Below, one piece after another: positions 18,537 to 25,893 of a stretch of DNA of 36,746 nucleotides; position 1 is the stretch's first letter, and every line of letters starts with the position of its first letter. The notes under the pieces were generated by a model. The model searched no databases and had not been told where the DNA came from. It was given only the letters and a program-made list of their open reading frames with translations. The translations under genes were made by a program, and so were the position numbers. Origin of the DNA: an uncultured Candidatus Saccharibacteria bacterium (lineage in GTDB: Bacteria; Patescibacteriota; Minisyncoccia; Phycocordibacterales; UBA918); NCBI GenBank assembly GCA_964350985.1, contig CAYGLK010000001.1, forward strand, positions 52,272 through 89,017, in the 5' to 3' direction.

Positions 18537-18619
18537 TGCGCCGGGAGGGATTCGAACCTTCGTAGACATAAGTCAGGAGATTTACAGTCTCCCCTCGTTG
18601 ACCGCTTGAGTACCGACGC
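18537..18619 (-). tRNA. tRNA-Tyr(GUA)
   Basis: GCGTCGG/CCGGCGC acceptor, GGAGA-CTGTAAA-TCTCC anticodon arm, long variable arm, GAAGG-TTCGAAT-CCCTC T arm with one mismatch. Confidence 0.95.
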
Positions 18620-18688
18620 AGTGCCATACAAATTACCACAGACGGTGGGTTTTAGAAAGATGTCTTGCGTGAGATAATATAAGTACTT

Positions 18689-20314
18689 ATGTGGAAAGCC
18701 TTCTTTATCTTTTTCCTGTTTGCTGTTACTCCAATGAATATCTATGCTGCCGGATTGGTTCCTTGCGGCGGTCCTGGTGAAGCTGATTGTCAAAGTTGTC
18801 ACGTTGTTCAGTTGGCTCAAAGCGGTATTGATAGATTGGTAGGGGTTTTGACTATTATCGTCATTCTAATACTGATAGTCTCTGGTATCCGCCTAGTTAC
18901 TTCAGCTGGGGACGCTAGCGCTGTCTCTGCGTCAAAGAAGATGATTACGAATGCACTAATTGGCTACGTGATTGTCTTGGTTGGATGGCTTCTAATAGAC
19001 CTTGGCATGAAGACTTTAGTAAATGAGACCGCTTATGGTGTATGGAATGAAATACAGTGTGTGGATCAACCAATTGCTTTGGTCCTACCACCTTTACCAG
19101 ACAGACCACCAAGAGTTAATCCAGGGGGACCAAATGGCACACCAGGCGTTGCTGGTATTCCTGTCTCTGGTACGCCTAGCACTAGCTGCACCAACTGCGG
19201 AAGTACACCAACTAACTGGATTCCGTCTCAAACTGTTCCTAATGGTGGTGGTCCAGGAATTGATACCACTGTCGGATCACTCTGTCAGACTCAACTAGCA
19301 CCAGACGGTCAGTGCGTCATTTCAAATGATCTCTTACCTGAACTCAATCTTTTTCACAACACTGTGATGTCGGAAAATATTAGCTCTTGGTGGGTGACAG
19401 AAGCATGGCCTCCGACGGGTTGGTCTCCTACCAACCCTACAGGTATTCATAGTCACTCATGTTTCTCTAACGGAACCTGTGTTAAATATTACTTTGTCGC
19501 TGGCGGTATTGCTGGAGTAGATGCTATTAATAGTATTATTGGTTTTGCGCACCAATACGGGCTTTTGGCTATTTATGAAGTGAAAAACCAAGCAGAGAAA
19601 GACTTCTTGGTTCGTGGTGGTGTTTCAGCTAACTCAATCCAAATAACCGGAACTGACAGACCTCACTTTACTATATATATTCTAGAACCAGCTGGTTTGG
19701 CTGGACCAGGAACGACACCAAACTCGGGGCTGCTAGGCTACTGCGGGGAATATTACAATGGGGTAGACAGAGCAGTGCCAACAGACCCTGCTTTTACTGC
19801 CTATGGTCTTACAAAAAAAGAAATCTCACTCGATGAAGCAGTCAATTTCTTTCAAGTCGCTATCACGGAAAATAGAGTTTTACCAGGACCTCATCTAGCG
19901 CCTGAAAGCGATGGTCGTTATCTCGCAATTCCGATTACTGTATTGGATTCCAGAAGTAGTGCAGATATCAGATTATTTGATGTCCAAGGTTCTCCTTCAA
20001 AAACTGCAAATATCACAGCTAGCTTGAGTCCGTGTCCAGGGGATTTTAGAAATGCGGCTGCATTTAACAGTAACAACACTGATGATTATTTAAAAAGCTT
20101 CTGTCGCTCTAATGAAGGAATTAGCGGTGCGTTGAAATTGGGTACTGATGAATTTTCTTGTAGTGTTCCAGTCGGAGAGGTGATGTATCTAAATGTTACA
20201 AATCATCGATTTGATAATGGTTGGCCAGAACCAACTTGTCGTTTTGAGTTTAATGGTAATTGTGGACTAAGTTTTAATCCTCTACCATATCCTGATGGAA
20301 TTTATTTTGAGTAA
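18689..20314 (+). CDS. CPR-type (TrbC/VirB2-like) pilin with long Cys-rich extracellular extension including a degenerate Hedgehog/LAS-like domain
   Basis: Signal peptide, GLVPCG...C..C, two TMs around SAGD....ASKKMITNALIG; VTEAWPP...HSCFSNGTCVK. Confidence 0.75.
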   Translation: MWKAFFIFFLFAVTPMNIYAAGLVPCGGPGEADCQSCHVVQLAQSGIDRLVGVLTIIVILILIVSGIRLVTSAGDASAVSASKKMITNALIGYVIVLVGWLLIDLGMKTLVNETAYGVWNEIQCVDQPIALVLPPLPDRPPRVNPGGPNGTPGVAGIPVSGTPSTSCTNCGSTPTNWIPSQTVPNGGGPGIDTTVGSLCQTQLAPDGQCVISNDLLPELNLFHNTVMSENISSWWVTEAWPPTGWSPTNPTGIHSHSCFSNGTCVKYYFVAGGIAGVDAINSIIGFAHQYGLLAIYEVKNQAEKDFLVRGGVSANSIQITGTDRPHFTIYILEPAGLAGPGTTPNSGLLGYCGEYYNGVDRAVPTDPAFTAYGLTKKEISLDEAVNFFQVAITENRVLPGPHLAPESDGRYLAIPITVLDSRSSADIRLFDVQGSPSKTANITASLSPCPGDFRNAAAFNSNNTDDYLKSFCRSNEGISGALKLGTDEFSCSVPVGEVMYLNVTNHRFDNGWPEPTCRFEFNGNCGLSFNPLPYPDGIYFE

Positions 20315-20416
20315 CATATTAAATTTCAATAAACAAACTTATCATTTAAGATTTAGATTTAAGTATTAAAGCCTTTATTTATATAGCTTTTTAGTATATA
20401 CTGACCTCCAATAACT

Positions 20417-21973
20417 ATGAACGACCCAGAATCAAACCATTTGCTTCCCTATGCTCAAAGGCCTGATTTTCATGTTGGTCGAGCGACCGATTTAAGCGGT
20501 AAAGCTAGGATTTTTTACCGTTTCTTGGAAATTCTACCCGGACTAGCTTCTTGGACGACACTGATAGGCGTTGTATTACTTTCAATATATGCTCCTTTTG
20601 TAGCTGCTTACTTTGTCATCGCCTTTGCTCTTTTTTGGGTTCTTAAGACAGCTTTTTTGTCTTACCATTTAAGATATAACTGGAAACGTTTGCGACACCA
20701 CATGTCACTTGATTGGTCAGAAATGGTTAGCCGCTTTCAATACCAACATTTACACCATGTTGTTATTTTACCTTTTTACCGTGAACCTATTGAAGTGATA
20801 GAAGCTAGTTTGGAAGCTTTGTCTAAATCAAAGTATGACCTAAAAAAAATCATAGTAGTTTTAGCTGGAGAAGGAAGAGTTGGTGATTACGCTGAAGAAA
20901 TTTTTGCTAAGGTACAAGAAATTTATGGAGATCGTTTTGGTGCACTTTTAACTACCCTACATCCCAAAGACACTCCAGGAGAAATGATTGGTAAGGGTTC
21001 AAACGCTGCTTATGCTGCTGAACAGGTTCGAACCAAAGTACTTGATCCTCAAGGTTTAAAATACTCTGAGACGATAGTTTCTATTTTTGATATTGATACT
21101 GTTTTATATCCAGATTATTTTAACTGCCTCGTTTGGCACTTCCTGACAGCTGAAAACCCTCTTAAGAGCTCTTTCCAGCCAGTACCTATTTTTAATAACA
21201 ATATCTGGGAGGCTCCAGCTATTTCTCGCGTAGTAGCTATGAGTAGTACTTTTTGGGAAATGGTCCAACAAGAAAGGCCAGAACGTATGGCGACATTTTC
21301 TTCGCATGCAGTGAGTTTCCAGGCACTGTATGAAGTTGGTTATTGGCAAACCAATATGGTAAATGAAGACTCTCGTATCTTCTGGAATTTACTGGTGGCC
21401 AATAATGGTAAATACCAAGTGATTCCGCTTTCTTACCCAGTATCAATGGATGCAAATGCCGCACCAACATTACGTCAGACTATTGTTCAAATTTACAAAC
21501 AACACCGCCGCTGGACTTATGGTGTAGAAAACCTCTGCTACATTTTGTATCACTTCTCCAAAAATAAAAACATTCCGCTTAAGCAAAGGATTGTCGTAGC
21601 TCTACAACAAGCAGAAGGTTATTGGTCTTTAGTGACTAATCCAATCATGTTGTTTATTTTGGGTTGGGCACCAATTTTCTTGGGAGGAGCTGAATTTCAC
21701 CAGACTGTCCTTTCTTATAACCTACCAATTGTAGTTCGCGACTTACTTATCTTAGCAATGTTTGGTTTAGTAATTTCTTCAGTGATTTCATTAAGTCTAA
21801 TTCCACCGCGACCAAACAATGCTAGTCGCTTTAGATATATAGTGATGGCATTACAATGGATCATGATTCCAGCCACGATGATTATTTTTAGTGCTATACC
21901 AGGCTTGGATGCTCAAACAAGATTAATGTTTGGAAGGTACATGGGCTTTTGGATTACACCTAAAACGAGGTAA
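20417..21973 (+). CDS. Membrane GT2 glycosyltransferase (processive, cellulose-synthase-like)
   Basis: LPFYRE, GKGSN, DID, NED, QHRRW (QxxRW); TMs at both ends. Confidence 0.88.
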   Translation: MNDPESNHLLPYAQRPDFHVGRATDLSGKARIFYRFLEILPGLASWTTLIGVVLLSIYAPFVAAYFVIAFALFWVLKTAFLSYHLRYNWKRLRHHMSLDWSEMVSRFQYQHLHHVVILPFYREPIEVIEASLEALSKSKYDLKKIIVVLAGEGRVGDYAEEIFAKVQEIYGDRFGALLTTLHPKDTPGEMIGKGSNAAYAAEQVRTKVLDPQGLKYSETIVSIFDIDTVLYPDYFNCLVWHFLTAENPLKSSFQPVPIFNNNIWEAPAISRVVAMSSTFWEMVQQERPERMATFSSHAVSFQALYEVGYWQTNMVNEDSRIFWNLLVANNGKYQVIPLSYPVSMDANAAPTLRQTIVQIYKQHRRWTYGVENLCYILYHFSKNKNIPLKQRIVVALQQAEGYWSLVTNPIMLFILGWAPIFLGGAEFHQTVLSYNLPIVVRDLLILAMFGLVISSVISLSLIPPRPNNASRFRYIVMALQWIMIPATMIIFSAIPGLDAQTRLMFGRYMGFWITPKTR

Positions 21974-21984
21974 TTTAATTTGTT

Positions 21985-23124
21985 ATGAAACCAGTTATTG
22001 AACCACTAGCAAGATGGCAACGAACTCTAATTTTCGTTCTTTTATTGTCTGCGTTTATAATTAGCCTTCCGGCCTTCATCTTTTATGCTACTGGATATAG
22101 ATACGATTTTTTTGCTGAAAAGCCAACTATTACTGCAACTGGAGGTTTATATATTGCTGCTGACGCAGCTGACAGTTTGATTTATCTAAATGAAGAACCT
22201 GTCACTAATGTTCGGGTTTTTAGAAAAGCTTCCTACATTCAAGGTTTAATTCCTGGAATTCAAAGAGTCCACGTGCAGTCCCTGGGGCTACACACTTGGG
22301 TTAAAGAGTTGAAAGTCTCACCACACATAGTTACGGAAGCGGAGGCGTTCAATCTTCCTCTTGTGCCCCAAGTACGACCAGTAACTGAATTTTCTTCTAT
22401 TAGAGGTGAGAATGTCATTTTTGCCACAACTACTTCAAAAGAAGTTTTTGCTCGAGCCTCAAGTACAGTTTTATCTATTACAGCTACGGGAACAGCAACA
22501 AGTTCTTATCTAACTAATTCAGAGTTTGCCGTTTTGAAACTTCTGTTTCAAGAGCAAGCAGACTTAAGAGAAGCAACCAGATTTTTAGAGGAGAAGAAGT
22601 TCTCTTTTTCTACAACTACAGCGACAACTACTTTGGTAGAAAATGCTACCACTACCAAAAATAGAGACAATATTTCTTTATATCAAGTAGGGGAGGATGT
22701 GTTTGCTGGAATAATCGATCCGTCAGGAAAAGTGCCTTATTATTTTTGTACCATTGCCGAAGTCCCTTCTTCATTGTTGAAACAAGATCCTACTGAACTG
22801 GAGGAAGAACAAGATTTATTTACGGAAACTGATTTAGTCGAAGCTGAAGATGTGAAGCAGGCAGGAGAGTGTCGAGATCAGATTAGGATAGATCGTAAAG
22901 GACAAGAAGTAATTAAATTTGATTTCTTTCCTGATAACTCAAATCTAGTGTTAATGCATCTGACGGACGGTATACATGTAGTGGAAATAGATGATCGTTC
23001 TTGGCAGAATACCCAAAGCTTATATAGCGGAGTAGGGCTTGAAATGCTTATCTCAAATTCAAGTATTTTCGTAAAGGAGAAAGACTTTATGTTTGAAGTT
23101 CTAACTGAAATACCTCTAGAATAG
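21985..23124 (+). CDS. Membrane-anchored PEGA-like domain protein
   Basis: N-terminal TM, YATGYRYD, TGGLYI, IYLN, GLIPG, WVKEL.V. Confidence 0.65.
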   Translation: MKPVIEPLARWQRTLIFVLLLSAFIISLPAFIFYATGYRYDFFAEKPTITATGGLYIAADAADSLIYLNEEPVTNVRVFRKASYIQGLIPGIQRVHVQSLGLHTWVKELKVSPHIVTEAEAFNLPLVPQVRPVTEFSSIRGENVIFATTTSKEVFARASSTVLSITATGTATSSYLTNSEFAVLKLLFQEQADLREATRFLEEKKFSFSTTTATTTLVENATTTKNRDNISLYQVGEDVFAGIIDPSGKVPYYFCTIAEVPSSLLKQDPTELEEEQDLFTETDLVEAEDVKQAGECRDQIRIDRKGQEVIKFDFFPDNSNLVLMHLTDGIHVVEIDDRSWQNTQSLYSGVGLEMLISNSSIFVKEKDFMFEVLTEIPLE

Positions 23125-23143
23125 TTTGTGCTAAAATTGCTTT

Positions 23144-23860
23144 ATGTCTGAACAAGAAGGCCACAAACATTTGATGTCACAAATGATCTCAGAAATAAAT
23201 AGTATTTTTTCGGAGATCGGCTTTGTGTTTGCTGAGGGTCCTGAAAGAGAAAAAATTGTCTTTAACTTTGATGCACTTAATGTTCCTCCTGACCATCCCT
23301 CCAGGGATATGCAAGATACATTTTACCTCGCTTCAGATCCTGACTTGGTAATGCGTACTCATACATCGCCGGTTCAAGTGCGCTACATGAAGTCTCACCA
23401 GCCTCCAATCCGGATGATTTGTCCGGGTAAGGTTTTTCGTAATGAAGCTACTGACGCCACTCACGAAGCTCAATTTTTCCAACTTGAAGGTTTGATGATT
23501 GATAAGGATGTTTCTCTTGGACATCTAAAAGGAGTCATTTCTCATTTCTTTTCAAAATTTTTTGGTGACGAGGTTGAGGTACGTTTTCGCCCTAGTTTTT
23601 TCCCGTTCGTTGAACCTGGTGTAGAGGTGGACATGATGATTAAGAAAAATGAACACAATAAACTTTCGGGTAAGTGGATTGAGATCATGGGTGCTGGAAT
23701 GGTACATCCAAAAGTACTGGAAGCTTCAGGAGTTGATTCTAAGATCTATCAAGGATTTGCTTTTGGTGTCGGAGTCGATCGTTTAGCTGTTTTGAAATAC
23801 GGACTAGACGATATTCGATTGATGTATAACGGAGATCTTCGTTTTGTTAATCAATTTTAG
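23144..23860 (+). CDS. pheS: Phenylalanyl-tRNA synthetase alpha subunit (N-terminally short)
   Basis: NFDALN.P.DHPSRDMQDTFY, RTHTSPVQ, FRPSFFPFVEP, GFAFG.G.DR. Confidence 0.96.
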   Translation: MSEQEGHKHLMSQMISEINSIFSEIGFVFAEGPEREKIVFNFDALNVPPDHPSRDMQDTFYLASDPDLVMRTHTSPVQVRYMKSHQPPIRMICPGKVFRNEATDATHEAQFFQLEGLMIDKDVSLGHLKGVISHFFSKFFGDEVEVRFRPSFFPFVEPGVEVDMMIKKNEHNKLSGKWIEIMGAGMVHPKVLEASGVDSKIYQGFAFGVGVDRLAVLKYGLDDIRLMYNGDLRFVNQF

Positions 23861-23869
23861 TAATCAATC

Positions 23870-25774
23870 ATGAAATTTTCTTACAATTGGCTACAAAATT
23901 ACTTTGCTGAACCACTGCCAAAAGCAGATGATTTGGCAGACAAAATTACTTTCCATTCTTCTGAGATTGAAGAAGTAATTCCACTAGCAAATGATACTGT
24001 TCTTGATGTTAAGGTTTTGCCTGACAAGTCTGCTTGGTTAATGTCTCATCGAGGGCTCGCTAAAGAGTTGTCAGTTATTTTAGATAAACCTTTGCTCAAA
24101 GATCCTTTTTTAGGTGAAGTTGATTTACAGCATTCAGAATTGATCAAGATAAACAGAGAGTCGTCGGTGTGTGATTTTTATGGTTCAGCACTGATTAAAA
24201 ATATAAAAGTAAAAGAGTCACCAACTTGGCTTAAGGAGAAAATAGAGGCGCTAGGACAAAGATCAATCAATAATATTGTTGATGCTACTAACTATGTAAT
24301 GTTTGAGCTGGGACAACCACTCCATGCTTTTGATGCAGATAAAATAAGTCAAAATGACGGTGCTTACGAGATCCAAATCAGACAAGCAAAAACAGATGAA
24401 AAGATTGTTACTTTGAGTGATGAAGAGTTGGATCTTTCTGACGCGGATACTGTGATTGTTGATAATACTTCAGAAAAGCTTTTGGCGCTTGCTGGTGTTA
24501 AGGGAGGGAATGAGGCAGCAGTAGATACTAAAACTAAAAACATCTTACTCGAAGCGGCTCATTTTGATCGTGTGGTGGTTCGTAAATCAGCACAAAGGCT
24601 AAAACTTCAAACCGATGCTGCTAAGCGTTTTGAAAACGGTATTAATGCCAGAGTAGCTCCGATCGCTCTAAACCAGCTAATTCTGCTAATTCAGAAAGTA
24701 GCCGAAGGGGAAGTGATGGCTGTAAGTCATTCTGGAGAACAACAAAATGATAGTAGATTGGTTACATGTTCACTAACTAAAATAAACTCAGTTTTAAACC
24801 TGAGCCTGTCTCTAAGCCAAGTGACTGATATTTTAGATCGATTTGGCTTCGCTTATGAAATAGAAGGTGAGTTGTTACAAGTTACTCCTACATTTGAGCG
24901 GGATGACTTAGTTATTGCCGAAGACCTTATTGAAGACATTGGTCGCATTCATGGACTTGATCAGATTGAGGCTATTTTACCTCAAGAACTTGATCTAACT
25001 GAATATAATCCGCGACATTATTATTCTGAAAAAATACGAGCAGTTTTAGTTGGCTTAGGTTTTTCGGAAATCTATACTAGTTCTTTTAGAAAAATAGATG
25101 AAGTTAAACTAGCAAATGCTTTAGCTTCAGATAAAGAATATCTTCGAAGTTCTTTGGTCTCAAACTTAGTAGAGGCAAGAACGGCCAATATTCCGCATCG
25201 TGACTTACTTGGGTTAAAAGCAATAAAGATTTTTGAGATTGGCACAGTATTTGGTAAAGACCGTGAAGAATTTAAAGTTGCTTTAGCAGCACAAACTTCT
25301 ACGGCTTACAAAGCTAAAGTAGACGAACCTTTAATAAAAGAAGCAATTTTGGAAATAGAAAAAGATTTGGGTGTAACTCTGACGCTAGATTCGAATGCTG
25401 AAGGAGTAGTTGAATTTTCTCTGGATCAAATACTTAGTAGTTTACCTATAGTCACAAGTTACGAATCAATCCAAGAGTCAGAACTAAAAAGTTATCGAGC
25501 TTTTTCAGTCTATCCAGCTATTAGTCGTGATGTTGCAATGTGGGTTCCTGAAAATACGGAGGCTAATTCAATCAATGTTCTTTTAAAGAAAACAGCTGGA
25601 GATCTCTGCGTTCGAGTTAGTCATTTAGACACCTTTACTAAAGAAGGTAGAACTTCAAATGCTTTTCGTCTAGTTTTCCAGTCCCTAGAAAAGACTTTGA
25701 CTGACCAGGAAGTGCAAGTGATAATGGATCAGGTTTACAAAGTGATTGAAGAACAAGGTTGGGAAGCTAGATAA
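23870..25774 (+). CDS. pheT: Phenylalanyl-tRNA synthetase beta subunit (lacks B2 OB-fold)
   Basis: SYNWL, INNIVDATNYVMFELGQPLHAFD, R.DL..AEDLIEDIGRI.G, YPAISRD, KTLTDQEV. Confidence 0.95.
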   Translation: MKFSYNWLQNYFAEPLPKADDLADKITFHSSEIEEVIPLANDTVLDVKVLPDKSAWLMSHRGLAKELSVILDKPLLKDPFLGEVDLQHSELIKINRESSVCDFYGSALIKNIKVKESPTWLKEKIEALGQRSINNIVDATNYVMFELGQPLHAFDADKISQNDGAYEIQIRQAKTDEKIVTLSDEELDLSDADTVIVDNTSEKLLALAGVKGGNEAAVDTKTKNILLEAAHFDRVVVRKSAQRLKLQTDAAKRFENGINARVAPIALNQLILLIQKVAEGEVMAVSHSGEQQNDSRLVTCSLTKINSVLNLSLSLSQVTDILDRFGFAYEIEGELLQVTPTFERDDLVIAEDLIEDIGRIHGLDQIEAILPQELDLTEYNPRHYYSEKIRAVLVGLGFSEIYTSSFRKIDEVKLANALASDKEYLRSSLVSNLVEARTANIPHRDLLGLKAIKIFEIGTVFGKDREEFKVALAAQTSTAYKAKVDEPLIKEAILEIEKDLGVTLTLDSNAEGVVEFSLDQILSSLPIVTSYESIQESELKSYRAFSVYPAISRDVAMWVPENTEANSINVLLKKTAGDLCVRVSHLDTFTKEGRTSNAFRLVFQSLEKTLTDQEVQVIMDQVYKVIEEQGWEAR

Positions 25775-25893
25775 TCACTTTTTTTCTTAAAATAGGCCCA
25801 AATAATCAACTTTTTAGGTCTAAAACAACTCAGACAATGAAGTAGTTTTATGCTATAATAACGCTATATTTAACGTTAATAACTTCAGTAAGC

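Noticed and set aside
17960-18557. CRISPR array interpretation of the repeated GTGCGCCGGGAGGGA
   Set aside because: Copies alternate in orientation, spacing is irregular, the repeat is the tRNA-Tyr 3' end, and there are no cas genes.
18382-18820. ORFs 18382..18639, 18455..18820 and 18477..18677
   Set aside because: They overlap tRNA-Tyr and the repeats; these are spurious translations of structured RNA.
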